From the IMG/VR virus record IMGVR_UViG_3300011989_000257, positions 64,001-128,000 of that record: a stretch of DNA of 64,000 nt; one strand, written 5' to 3'. The stretch's first letter is position 1, and each line of letters opens with the position of its first letter. The position numbers and the translations under genes were made by a program. The notes beneath the pieces were generated by a model. That model saw nothing but the letters and a program-made list of their open reading frames with translations, was not told where the DNA came from and made no database searches. The stretch comes from a virus. Lineage: Duplodnaviria > Caudoviricetes. Shown one piece after another: positions 1 through 10,400 of this stretch.

Positions 1-909
1 ATTTGATGCTTGCTTCTTTGCACTACCAACCAATTCATCTGGACTCATTCCCATTGCCTTTGCAGCATTCCTAAGCATATCCATCATCACTGGGTCAACC
101 GTTGCAATTCCCTTCTGTGCATCGAACTTTGCACTGCCTTGAGCCATTTTGACCAATCTGTTCATCAATGCCTCTGGGTCTGCATTCGCTTCATATGCCA
201 TGTCAAGTAGGTTTCCTCCAAACATTGCAAACTGTCCACCAAGCATATTCAGTCTTGCTGAAGCCTCTATTGCCGAGTCAATTTCCATAAATGCGTTAGC
301 TGCTTGCTCAACTGAATTCAAACTCATCCCAACCTTTTCAGCTTGCATTGCCATACGAGTTAAGCCATCAATACCAGTACGGAATGAAAGCTTATTTGCC
401 ATGCTCAAATTATTGGCAATCTTCTCACTAACTTTCTGAGCATTAAGTCCACTCTTCGCAGCACTTGCATAAGCCTTGGACACAGCACCTTGAACAGTAT
501 TGAGTTGTCCTCCCATACCATTCATCATTTCCTCAGTGAACTTGGTGACTGTGCTAGAACCAACAAGTTTGTTTAATTGTAAGAAACCTTCAGCTTGTGA
601 TTCATTGAGCATTAATTGTCTGCTAGTGGCAACAGATATATTCCTCTGTAATTCCCTTACTTGTTCAGCAGCAACGCCATATTTCATCGCAAGCTTCTCA
701 GTACGGTCAGTTAATACCTCAGTATAGGCTTGCGCTTCCTTGGCGTTCATACCCATCTCACGAGCAAATGCAATACCTTCTTGATGGAACTGCATAGCAC
801 CTTGAGTACCACTCTTTATGAGGGTATTAAGGTAGTTGAAGGCACTTGCAAGAGTGCCACGTATGATACCAGCTGTGGCTATTAAAGTATTCGCTAATAA
901 CGTATTCAT
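1..909 (-). CDS. Tape measure protein, N-terminal part (runs off the left edge)
   Basis: Open frame from ATG at 909 to position 1 (MNTLLANTLIATAGIIRGTLASAF...AREMGMNAKEAQ...). Ala/Met/Gly-rich and helical, downstream of tail tube and gp26/gp51-like genes. Absent from the ORF track because it has no stop in the window. Confidence 0.75.
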   Translation of the reverse strand, partial: MNTLLANTLIATAGIIRGTLASAFNYLNTLIKSGTQGAMQFHQEGIAFAREMGMNAKEAQAYTEVLTDRTEKLAMKYGVAAEQVRELQRNISVATSRQLMLNESQAEGFLQLNKLVGSSTVTKFTEEMMNGMGGQLNTVQGAVSKAYASAAKSGLNAQKVSEKIANNLSMANKLSFRTGIDGLTRMAMQAEKVGMSLNSVEQAANAFMEIDSAIEASARLNMLGGQFAMFGGNLLDMAYEANADPEALMNRLVKMAQGSAKFDAQKGIATVDPVMMDMLRNAAKAMGMSPDELVGSAKKQASN

Positions 910-975
910 GTATTATAATATACCTATTTAATTTATACATAAATATGATATTTATCATTTTTTAACAATTAATTC

Positions 976-1006
976 TTTGTCAATCCTAAATTATTTCGTA
1001 TCTTTG
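976..1006 (+). promoter_or_regulatory. Bacteroidota-type sigma-A promoter (TTTG ... TATCTTTG)
   Basis: Matches the -33/-7 consensus TTTG-N19-21-TAnnTTTG. Confidence 0.7.
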
Positions 1007-1030
1007 CATTAGAATTAAAAAATAAATGTT

Positions 1031-1183
1031 ATGAGATTTTACGAAGAATGGGGAGGATTTATTTGGGAATATAACTCTTTTTGGGAGTACATTCAAGCAT
1101 TAATTGGAAGAGTCCTTGGTACTATCATTGGGCTTGCAATTGTAATTGGAGGATTATATCTAATTGGTAAATACTGTGGTTGA
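1031..1183 (+). CDS. Small membrane protein (50 aa)
   Basis: MRFYEEWGG...VLGTIIGLAIVIGGLYLIGKYCG with one hydrophobic segment; directly behind a TATCTTTG promoter (999-1006). Confidence 0.6.
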   Translation: MRFYEEWGGFIWEYNSFWEYIQALIGRVLGTIIGLAIVIGGLYLIGKYCG

Positions 1184-1185
1184 TT

Positions 1186-1602
1186 ATGGAGGTTACTAGT
1201 AATACAATTTATTTCTCCTTCCATCTTTATAACTTTGATTATTTTGGTAACTACTTGCCAGCGCCCAATTTCAAAGTTAGACATTCTTTCAAGACTTTGG
1301 GCTATTTTTCTTGCGAGTATGATGAGGATGGGCGCATGTTCAACCAAACGATTGAGGTCAGTGATAACTACGATTATACAGAATCTCAGTTGAGGGACAT
1401 CATTGTACACGAAATGATTCACTACTACCTTGCATATGAAGGAATTGACCCACAATGTCATCACGGCAAGGAATTCATTGAAATGGCTGAAAAATTCAAT
1501 AAAATGTATGGCATGAACATAACGCCAACAATTGACCTCACGCCATATAATATTAAAAAGGGAAAATCAAAATTAATGTTTACACTTTCAACACTATTCT
1601 GA
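1186..1602 (+). CDS. SprT-like zinc metalloprotease
   Basis: HEMIH (HExxH) motif followed by HHGKEF; ATG at 1186. Confidence 0.8.
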   Translation: MEVTSNTIYFSFHLYNFDYFGNYLPAPNFKVRHSFKTLGYFSCEYDEDGRMFNQTIEVSDNYDYTESQLRDIIVHEMIHYYLAYEGIDPQCHHGKEFIEMAEKFNKMYGMNITPTIDLTPYNIKKGKSKLMFTLSTLF

Positions 1603-1629
1603 TATTTATATTGGAATAGTGTTTTTATT

Positions 1630-2295
1630 ATGAATATTAATTACAAAAGAATTATAAGGGAAGAAATAAACAGACTGATATTATCTGAAGCAATTGATGC
1701 TTCTCCATTGGCTAAATATATGCAGCCATTGAAGAAATATGCTGAAGATATAAAAAATTTGGGTTTTACCAAAAACAAGGAAATAGATGCATTCCTTAAT
1801 GATTTATGCACATATATATTCCAAGTTATATTTGCTATAGACAGATGTGTTAAAGCAAATAGTTTGAATGAGGATTTCAGACTGAGTGATTATGGCGTAC
1901 AATACCCAAGTGAATTAGGTAGTAATCTATGGAATGACTTCGAAAATGGTCTCTATAAAGGTGCAAATTGGGCTAGAGGACAACTATATAAAAGAGGATA
2001 CATTGGCAATAACGGCAATGGTGCTAATGCAAATGGGGATGGTGCTAATGCAAACGGAAATACAAATACAAACCAAGACAACAGCAATCCAAACAACATA
2101 CCAAGTGTTAAATTATCAGAATTAGTGAACAACAGCTATGCGCAGATATCACTTAGATTCCAAGGGCTAGCAAGTAAATATCCAAATGAGCTTTCTAGTC
2201 ATAGCAATATCATAATTGATGCTTTACAAAGTATAAACCAAGTGAAAAGAGAATACATGGCAATACAGCAAAACGCCCAAGGTACGAACCCTTGA
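1630..2295 (+). CDS. Hypothetical late protein with leader-like N-terminus
   Basis: YKRIIREEINRLILSE N-terminus, upstream ATATTTAT motif, Asn/Gly-rich linker. Confidence 0.7.
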   Translation: MNINYKRIIREEINRLILSEAIDASPLAKYMQPLKKYAEDIKNLGFTKNKEIDAFLNDLCTYIFQVIFAIDRCVKANSLNEDFRLSDYGVQYPSELGSNLWNDFENGLYKGANWARGQLYKRGYIGNNGNGANANGDGANANGNTNTNQDNSNPNNIPSVKLSELVNNSYAQISLRFQGLASKYPNELSSHSNIIIDALQSINQVKREYMAIQQNAQGTNP

Positions 2296-2304
2296 GCGTT
2301 TTTG
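2271..2304. terminator. Bidirectional intrinsic terminator
   Basis: aaacgcccaagg-tacgaac-ccttgagcgttttt between convergent genes. Confidence 0.7.
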
Positions 2305-2305
2305 T

Positions 2306-2557
2306 TTATAATCCCATTTCTTCTGCAATATCATTCCCATCAAGTCCTTGACTCATGCTTGTGAACTTAGAAATGTCATGTGTTGAAGAGCCTCCTTCAT
2401 TTCCACTCATTGCATCATTTCTTGCCTCCATATACTCATTATATTTATGCATGTAGTATTTCCTATCCATCACTGGCATTTTCATCAGTGCCTCATATGG
2501 AATCTTCACATACATATGGCAAGCGAATAGTTCATCCTTAAGATTTCTCTCCGCCAT
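2306..2557 (-). CDS. T4 gp51-like small baseplate/tail assembly protein
   Basis: ATG at 2557; DELFACH...YEALMKMPVMDRKYY pattern; directly downstream of and overlapping the gp26-like gene. Confidence 0.55.
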   Translation of the reverse strand: MAERNLKDELFACHMYVKIPYEALMKMPVMDRKYYMHKYNEYMEARNDAMSGNEGGSSTHDISKFTSMSQGLDGNDIAEEMGL

Positions 2558-3857
2558 CGGAGATATTGAGGAAAACAGAATCGTCCCAGTTAAGAAAGGT
2601 CTTAAATGAGCCACCTCCAAGACTCTCAGGTCTCTCAACCTCAATGTTAAAGTCAATTCCAGGTCTGTTATCATTTATATACTTTCTTAGCATCAATGAA
2701 TCCCTTGCTGGCATTGAATTGATATATTTCCTAATATATTCTCTATCAGTATTTCCATTGACTGCTACAATTTGTAATTGCATTGCGTTTGTCATGATTC
2801 TAGTGAATTTGGATTCATTTGCCTTTTTTAATTTCTCTGACCATTTTTCGATTACTGATGCAGCAGCCTTAATCACCTTCTTATCGTTTTCAGCGATATA
2901 TTCGTCACCAACCAATGCAGCAAGAAGAGTCTCTTTTTCCTCATTAAGCATGAATGCTTTTGTGCCAAGACTTTCAAGTTCAGTTACTTTCTTAAGTTGT
3001 TTCTCTTGTTTTCTAGTAAGATAACGGAACTTAATCACATCCTTCTTGATTGGAGTTATATATTCAAACCATCCATTCTCATCACCAACAAGAGTAAATT
3101 CCTTTGGCTTAAGTGTTGTAAGGTCAACAACTGATTCAATCTGTTCTCCAGTCTCTGGGTCTGACACCACAATTGGGAAATCAGGACCGTAACTAGTTGC
3201 TCTCAAGAACAATACAATTGCATCGATGTCACCACTAACAAGGTCATCAACATTAATTTCCTTATTCATAATCTTATTTTTAAGTAAGAAATCAATAACA
3301 AGTCCATCCTTATACAAGTTTGGTGACATGATTATATTTTCATCATATGCTGTTAAATAAGCAACTGGCAATCTATCCATCTTATTCCTATAGCATTGAC
3401 CATTGCTAGGCAACTGAATCACATCATACTGCACTGATGGGTCTGTATCATTAAATGTTGTTTCCGTAGCTATTGTGGTTTCACTAGGCACTAGATTATC
3501 CTCACTCCAAGGAATCTCTTCTTCAGTCTCCATCGGTATTGTTTCTTGTTTATTCTTCTCATTCTCATTCAAGATATCGAATATTGACATGTCGGTATCA
3601 CCAAACAAATCATCTTGTTTGACTTCTTTTTTCTTGGATGACAATGATGTTTTCTTCTTAGAATCTTCAGGAACTGCACTAGGGTCAATCATCTTTATGT
3701 GGTCGATAACCTCTTGTCTTGCTCTCTCAATCTGTTCCACAGCGGTTTTACTCCCCTTTTCCTTAGCCTCCTCCTTGGTTTTCTTTAACATCTCATTGTT
3801 GGCAAGCAACATTTTAATCTGGTTTTCTTGTTCCTCTGTTAACTTCTTTTTAGCCAT
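2538..3857 (-). CDS. T4 gp26-like baseplate hub assembly / tail chaperone protein
   Basis: LPSNGQCY...DENII...DLVSGDIDAIVLFLRATSYG...D..LRKYIND.RPGIDF pattern; lies between tail tube and tape measure. Confidence 0.65.
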   Translation of the reverse strand: MAKKKLTEEQENQIKMLLANNEMLKKTKEEAKEKGSKTAVEQIERARQEVIDHIKMIDPSAVPEDSKKKTSLSSKKKEVKQDDLFGDTDMSIFDILNENEKNKQETIPMETEEEIPWSEDNLVPSETTIATETTFNDTDPSVQYDVIQLPSNGQCYRNKMDRLPVAYLTAYDENIIMSPNLYKDGLVIDFLLKNKIMNKEINVDDLVSGDIDAIVLFLRATSYGPDFPIVVSDPETGEQIESVVDLTTLKPKEFTLVGDENGWFEYITPIKKDVIKFRYLTRKQEKQLKKVTELESLGTKAFMLNEEKETLLAALVGDEYIAENDKKVIKAAASVIEKWSEKLKKANESKFTRIMTNAMQLQIVAVNGNTDREYIRKYINSMPARDSLMLRKYINDNRPGIDFNIEVERPESLGGGSFKTFLNWDDSVFLNISDGGEKS

Positions 3858-3867
3858 ATTGTTTCCA

Positions 3868-4482
3868 TTAATTATCTACTAAACTTATTTTTTCTACAAA
3901 CAACACAAATGATGTCTTGTCCATTATATCCATAATTCTGCAATCTTCAAAAATCGCATATGTGTCTTGATTTGCCTTATTTTTGAAATGTATTTTCAAG
4001 TTTCTCTTAGGTTCTTTCGCCAATACCCAATCCTCACCCAACTGGTCCTTATATTTATTAATACTATTATGTTCTCTAGTCCATAAGGATAACTCAGTTT
4101 CAAATTCTTCCTCAGATGTGTCCAAGTCGAAATCAATGATTTCTAGAAATTGTTTTTGAGATGCAAACTTTGATATAATGCTATCAACAGTATCCTCTTC
4201 ACCACTGATATCTGACAATATACCTTCACACTTCGAAAAAGCCACTTTATCTTCGCTCTGAGACGTTTTCTGTCCAAACTTGTATGTGTGGCCATCAGAA
4301 CCTTGAACGAGGCTTCCTGTGCCGTTTTTAGCAGCCAAGACAGAATTATATACAATATCCTTACTTTCATTGAAATTCTTTGACATGGCATTCGAATACT
4401 CGTCTTCACTATAGTAATCGTTACTTACATCAAAGTTTCCATCATTATAATCATAGTAAGGTAAAAATAGCGTAACTTTCAT
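3868..4482 (-). CDS. Hypothetical protein
   Basis: 204-aa ORF in operon context with typical codon usage. Confidence 0.7.
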   Translation of the reverse strand: MKVTLFLPYYDYNDGNFDVSNDYYSEDEYSNAMSKNFNESKDIVYNSVLAAKNGTGSLVQGSDGHTYKFGQKTSQSEDKVAFSKCEGILSDISGEEDTVDSIISKFASQKQFLEIIDFDLDTSEEEFETELSLWTREHNSINKYKDQLGEDWVLAKEPKRNLKIHFKNKANQDTYAIFEDCRIMDIMDKTSFVLFVEKISLVDN

Positions 4483-4494
4483 AAACTCGATTTT

Positions 4495-5037
4495 TCATTT
4501 TATCTTATTAATATGCCTCTTATTCTTCTTTTCCTTAATGGTAATCTTTTTATCTTGAATATATAGTCTTTTCTTTAGTTCGTCCATTACCATCTCTGGA
4601 TTTTCACGAATATCTTTCTCCCAAATCCTAATGAGTGGTATTCCATGCAATAACGCCCATTTGTCCTTGTATTCATCAACTCTTTTATTATGCTTCTGCA
4701 TGGGATTAAGTTTTCCTTCTTCAACAACTCTTGGGTCACTATGGTAATATCCACCATCAATCTCAATTAGAATCATATTTCCCGTTGTCATTTCATCATT
4801 AAGAATAATGGCAAAATCGTAAAACCTACCAATATCCTTTGCCTCAAACTGATAGATGTATTTTATGCCTAACTTATCTAAGAAATCCCTAGCAAAATCC
4901 TCTTCAAGTTTTGATGTCCCATATTTCTGGTGATGTGGACGTACAACCCCTCTAGTTTTTTTTACCTTTGAGGCTGTACGTTTCTTTGTTTTATTTTTGA
5001 CTATGGAAGTTTTTTCTTTCTTAGTGGGCTGTTTCAT
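4495..5037 (-). CDS. Vsr/DUF559-like PD-(D/E)XK endonuclease
   Basis: FYDF...LIEIDGGYYH...D..KD..A...GIPLIRIWE motifs; basic N-terminus. Confidence 0.75.
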   Translation of the reverse strand: MKQPTKKEKTSIVKNKTKKRTASKVKKTRGVVRPHHQKYGTSKLEEDFARDFLDKLGIKYIYQFEAKDIGRFYDFAIILNDEMTTGNMILIEIDGGYYHSDPRVVEEGKLNPMQKHNKRVDEYKDKWALLHGIPLIRIWEKDIRENPEMVMDELKKRLYIQDKKITIKEKKNKRHINKIK

Positions 5038-5728
5038 AGCTTGTTTCAGTATAATTTATTGTCAAAAGGATATACGATGTGCCATCTGATTCGTTATCCA
5101 ATGAAGTTCTTTTAACATCAGTTATCAAACAACCATGAAAACGTTCAGCGTACAATAAATTTCCTTTTGTATCAAAATGCTCAATAGATATTGGAAATCT
5201 ATCATCATATTTCATCTTCGAAACATCAGCAATAATTGGTCTAGGCTTACCATCTTTCATATAAACATAATCATCAATCTTAATTATAATCTGGTTTCCA
5301 GATACTGATGCATAATCAACACTCTTAACTACAGATGATGGAATATGAACACCACCATCAAAATTTACCTTAAACTTATTGCTAACAATACTTTTTATCT
5401 CATATAAATTTTTATAATTAAGATGATTATATGGCGTGTCATAAGATGCATAATCTGATAAAGAATCAATCTTTTTAACTGGTTTCTTTACTTTATCATA
5501 AAAAGAATATACAGTAGATTCTTTGTCCTTTTTCTTTGAACCAATTTCAATTTCACTTTTCAAAGCATTGATTCTATTTTCTGTATCGCCTATCATTGTT
5601 TTAATTGCATCTATAGTATTTGCATTACTATTCTTTTCTAACGCTTCAATCAATGACTTATTCAGCATTGAATACTCACACATTTTTGTTTTTAATTCAC
5701 TCTTTAGTCTTTCCATAATTTCATACAC
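5021..5728 (-). CDS. Tail-tube-like paralog with N-terminal coiled coil
   Basis: The C-terminal ~120 aa align by eye with the adjacent tube protein (NKFKVNF/NRWLLRF; ISIEHFDTKG/VELEMLDPTG; LDNESD/LDYSSD). Confidence 0.55.
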   Translation of the reverse strand: MYEIMERLKSELKTKMCEYSMLNKSLIEALEKNSNANTIDAIKTMIGDTENRINALKSEIEIGSKKKDKESTVYSFYDKVKKPVKKIDSLSDYASYDTPYNHLNYKNLYEIKSIVSNKFKVNFDGGVHIPSSVVKSVDYASVSGNQIIIKIDDYVYMKDGKPRPIIADVSKMKYDDRFPISIEHFDTKGNLLYAERFHGCLITDVKRTSLDNESDGTSYILLTINYTETSYETAH

Positions 5729-5874
5729 TTTTTTTAAAAAATAAAAAATAAACGTCTAAAATAAATATAAAACATAATAAAAGTTAAAACAATAGTGTGT
5801 AGATATACAAAAATGAGCAGCCAATCACGGTTGCTCATTTTATTTTAAATTCCAATAACTGCTTGATAAACAGA

Positions 5875-6363
5875 TTAATATGCCAATATAGCATAATCCA
5901 TCTGTAATGTCATTGTAATCTCCGCAAGGTCATCTGAAGAATAGTCAAGATTTCCGAAATCTGCGTCAGTAACCATTACATTCTTAAGAATCCATTTAGA
6001 AACAACAACACCAGTTGGGTCAAGCATTTCAAGCTCAACATCACGCTTATAACCAGCCGCATATCCTTGACGACCAGTAACTGATTCAGAATGAAGACGA
6101 ACCCACTCCATAACAGCTTGTGAAGCAGAAGGACCGATTGGGTCTCTCAATGTTACTTGGATTGTAGCCCACTTGTATCTTCCAACAACATATGTTTCAG
6201 TGTTCAAGAACTCAATTGCCTTTCCTTCTTGCTGGATATGTGGTCTTGAAGCACTCTTGCACCACCATTCTTGAATACCCAAGTCAGCTGGGAATCTTAA
6301 CAACCATCTATTTTTTCTTAGTGGCTCATAGTTTAATGGCATTTTCAAAAGTAAATCACTCAT
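5875..6363 (-). CDS. Tail tube protein (T4 gp19-like)
   Basis: EPLRKNRW...RDPIGPSASQAVMEW...GY...YKRD...LEMLDPTGVVVSKW; downstream of the sheath gene. Confidence 0.88.
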   Translation of the reverse strand: MSDLLLKMPLNYEPLRKNRWLLRFPADLGIQEWWCKSASRPHIQQEGKAIEFLNTETYVVGRYKWATIQVTLRDPIGPSASQAVMEWVRLHSESVTGRQGYAAGYKRDVELEMLDPTGVVVSKWILKNVMVTDADFGNLDYSSDDLAEITMTLQMDYAILAY

Positions 6364-6450
6364 TTTCTTAATATTTTTTTAATCTAGATTATTTTATCTT
6401 CTTTTATTTTTAATATAAATATACTATTTTATAATTTTTATAATGAAATA

Positions 6451-6482
6451 TTTGTTTTTTAGAAAAAAAATATATATCTTTG
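6451..6482 (+). promoter_or_regulatory. Bacteroidota-type sigma-A promoter
   Basis: TTTG at 6451, TATCTTTG at 6475. Confidence 0.7.
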
Positions 6483-6499
6483 CTCAAAACTAATGATAA

Positions 6500-6874
6500 A
6501 TGGCAACAAAGATTTTCCTATTGATGATTCTGCTTCATGTCATTGACGATTTTCACCTTCAAGGCATATTGGCGAATATGAAGCAGAAGGAATGGTGGAG
6601 GAAACAAGAAGGATATAATGACTTGTATAAAGACGATTACAAGACAGCATTGTTTATACACTCACTGTCTTGGGCTATAATTATATCTCTACCGTTTTGG
6701 TGGATTCAAGTGAATTTTGCATGGGTTAGTTTATTCATAATTATCAACACAGTTATCCACTACTATGTTGATGACTTGAAATGTAATAAGCATAAAATCA
6801 GCCTTGATACAGACCAAATGATACATTTTTTACAAATATTTGTTACGTGGTTTGTACTTGGATATGTTTTTTAA
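6500..6874 (+). CDS. DUF3307-like membrane protein
   Basis: HVIDDFHLQ, HYYVDDLK and DQMIH motifs with hydrophobic helices. Confidence 0.75.
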   Translation: MATKIFLLMILLHVIDDFHLQGILANMKQKEWWRKQEGYNDLYKDDYKTALFIHSLSWAIIISLPFWWIQVNFAWVSLFIIINTVIHYYVDDLKCNKHKISLDTDQMIHFLQIFVTWFVLGYVF

Positions 6875-6883
6875 AAAAATATT

Positions 6884-7423
6884 ATGAATGAGAAAGAACT
6901 GATATCAAAAGGTAAAGAACTTGCTTTCCTTCTAAGACACGACAAGGAGGCATTTGGCAATGGTCTCATCGACTAGAATGGCTGGAGAAATGTATCTGAA
7001 TTGGTCAATGATAAGGGCTATTCCGTTGACCTAATTGAAGAGATTGTTGCTACAAATAACAAAAAACGGTATGAATTCAATGAAAACCATACCAAGATAC
7101 GTGCAAGGCAAGGACACTCCATAAACGTTGATGTGGAACTTACAGAGGCAGAGCCACCAAAGGTTCTGTATCACGGAACGTCAACAAAGGCATTAGAATC
7201 GATTTACAAGCAAGGAATCCTCAAAGGTGAGAGACTTTACGTCCACTTGTCAAAAGACGAAGAGACAGCCTTAAAAGTGGGTTCTAGACACGGTACACCA
7301 TATGTACTCAAGATTGACTCTGAACAAATGCATAAGGATGGTATTAAGTTCTACTTGTCCAACAACGGTGTGTGGTTAACTGATTACGTTGATGTTAAGT
7401 ATATAAAAAAAGAGGAAGACTAG
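6884..7423 (+). CDS. kptA: RNA 2'-phosphotransferase Tpt1/KptA, interrupted by an in-frame TAG at 6974-6976 (readthrough or pseudogene)
   Basis: LLRH...ID*NGW...KKRYE...IRARQGHS...LYHGT...RLYVHLS...NGVWLT. The catalytic RH motif lies upstream of the TAG; the ORF track starts only at 7001. Confidence 0.85.
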
Positions 7424-7440
7424 CAATCTTCCTCTTTTTT
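7405..7440. terminator. Bidirectional intrinsic terminator
   Basis: aaaaaagaggaaga-ctagcaa-tcttcctctttttt. Confidence 0.8.
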
Positions 7441-7456
7441 ATTTAGTGTATTCCAA

Positions 7457-10400
7457 TTAAATATCATCAAATGAAACACCTTCTGGTGTGAGTATGAAAT
7501 CAATTGTAATGTACTCTAATGCATTGTAAGGTTTGAAGTATATCTTCACTGGAAGTTCTCTTCTCTCCCTAGTCTCAATAGTATCATTAATCTCGATTCT
7601 ATAGTCAGAGATACCCCTGTTGCTTCTTATGCTGTCCATAATTGGAGTTACAGTTGATAAGAATGACTGCTTGACAGTTGCATCATTTGGCTCGAAAATA
7701 AGTCCAATACAAGAGATTGCAATCAACTTTCTCATTCTAAGTAACAACCTACGAACTGCAATTCTGTTGAGTTGAGACTCATTAATCTGTAAGTTCTTCT
7801 GACCCCAGATTTTTGGACCATCTTGAGCAAATGTCTTAATTGGGTTGATTCTTCCATCATAAAGAACATCCTCGTCAGCAAGTTTTGTAATGAAGTGTGC
7901 CCTTACACAATCAACGTTACCTCTTGAAATACCTGCAGGTGCGAACCAAGGATATGCTGTATTATCAGTCTGTGCAAAGTTTCTAACTACATCCTTTGTT
8001 GCTGGAAGATAGATGTACTGATTATTATCTTGGTCAAGATACTTAACCCAAGGATAATATGTGCAAGTATAGTTAGAATCAATCTCAGAATCCTCAAGAT
8101 TACCTACAGCTTCATCTGGAGTATACATCTCATCAACATAATCACCAGCGCCACTTGGCTTGTCAGGAGTTGTAACCACGTATATTGAGTCTGCTCTCTC
8201 TTCCTCAACCATCTCAATAGCTTCTTCAACAAGAAGTTTATTGTTTACATAGTCAATACCAGGAGTAGCGAATACGTTAATATCTGTTGCTTCTGGATTT
8301 GCAAATTGTCTGATACCACTGAGATAAGCATACCAGTCAGAGGTGATACCATTCTGGTTCAATTGCAACAAACTTGGGTCTTTAATTCTATTGAATGAAT
8401 AACCCTCACCACTGCCTTGGTTAATGAAACCTCTGTACTGAGACATCTTATATCCATCTGTATTGGTTCTCTGGTCTCTGTAATCATCCCATCCATCAAA
8501 ACCACCGTAGAAGTATACAGTGAACTTACGAAGATTTACATATTCATATATTGAGCCATACATATCATCTTCAGTGCCAATGATTGGTGGTTCAGTCAAT
8601 GTAGCTGTTCTAGAGTTAGTAGATACACAGTCAAACTCATATCCGCTTTCACCATCAACTGTATAAGCTGAAATACCTCCATTTTCTTTATCAAGTCTTG
8701 AATCCAAGTGGAATCCTCTTGTCATAAACTTAGGATTGTCGATGTATGCCTTATTACCCTTGAACGTGAAGTTATCAATATCAACACCAATCCAAGAAGA
8801 AAGACCGAAGTACTGCTTTCTATTCTTGATGTCTGGGTCGAAGAATCTGTTATACTTCAATGTTGGGAATTCAACACTATTTCTGCTACCGTCAATTGTA
8901 AGACCACTATACTGAGGTATTGGATAACCCAAGAAACCTGCTGGAACTGACATTTTTGCTGCTGTAGACTCATTTACCTCAACAGTAATGTACTTAGACT
9001 TAGATTCATATATACCATCGAATGAACCAATCTTATAAGCAATGTAGTTGCTATCACCAGGAATCATAGAGCATCTTCCAAATCTCTCAAGTGGCATAAT
9101 CTGTTCATCTGCATCATCAATTCTACGAACAACAACATCGAACACACCTTCATCTGGTCTTATATTTTCAATTGATACCTTAACCTCGTAGTTAGCATTG
9201 TTACCATCTGTAATTGTATGGAATCTGAACAACTTGTTAACCTCAACATGGTTGAAGTCACCCTTCAAGTTAGATACAATCCAAGGAGTTGAAGCATATC
9301 TGTATGCTGATTTATAATCGTTCATATCAAGTTCAACGAATGCTACATCATCCTTATTTTCGTTCATTCTGTAGTAAAGACCATCATATGTATTAAGAAC
9401 CAATTTAGATTCCTTACCATTGTTTTTCTTTGTGCCGCCATCTTGAAGGTTTCCATAAATATTGGTCATTTCGACACCACTAGCAATTACATCCTCAAAT
9501 CCTTGAGTATAATATCCGTAGTGATAATCTCTCTTACCATCAGCCTTTGTATATTGTCTTACGGTGTAAATCTGACCAGGAATAACTGCAACTGCACCAA
9601 GGTCTTTGTCAGTTGTATCAACTGGTTTATTCTTCTTGTAGTCATAAGGAACTGCCTTAATACCAAGCTCAACTGAATTAGCATCAGCCAAGAACCTCAA
9701 ACCAACATGCTTTCTTCTAAGTGTTGTCTCAGCCATTGTCAAAAGTCCACCAACTGGCTCATGATGGCAATAATCGGCAGTGTAATACACATTAAACTGC
9801 TTTAAGCTATCATCAATCTTGTTAACCCTATCCTCAACGATTGCTTGGTCGAGAGCAACATCATAAAGAGACTCAACGAATATTGGAGCATCGCCATCAT
9901 AAGGCTTTGAGCCAAGAACATTAAGAATGTACTCCTTATCGTATGGGTTAAGAGTTACTGGGTACTCAAAGTAACCCATCTTAATAGCCTCTTGCCTCTG
10001 GTCAATGTTTTCACTTGTTCCACTAGCAATGATGTTATTAACTTCGCTCTCGTTGTATACGCCTTTTACACCAACAAGTTTGAATCTACCGTGATTGTTC
10101 TGAGAGATGTACCAATCGGTAGTGCCACCACTCATTCCATAGCCACTACATTCATTTCCGTTGCTGTCCATTGGGACATAAGCCTTAATCTGAAGGGCAT
10201 TCATGTTATAACCATTCTTATCGCAAATGTTTTCAGCTTCACCACTATTTGGTTTCTCACCAACATAATACTTAAGAACATCATACTTTGATTCCTCACA
10301 GATGCAGTCGGTAGTATTACCTGTTGCATATGGGTTATAAGTACCTCTTGAACGGATTACAGCAACAGCAACTGGGTTTTCACCGTTTAATGAAGCTGTA

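Noticed and set aside
10-727. Plus-strand ORFs at 10, 149 and 500 and the many other antisense ORFs in the track (e.g. 2566, 23098, 27201, 39222, 62707)
   Set aside because: They are shadows of well-supported genes on the opposite strand and lack promoters, start context and motifs.
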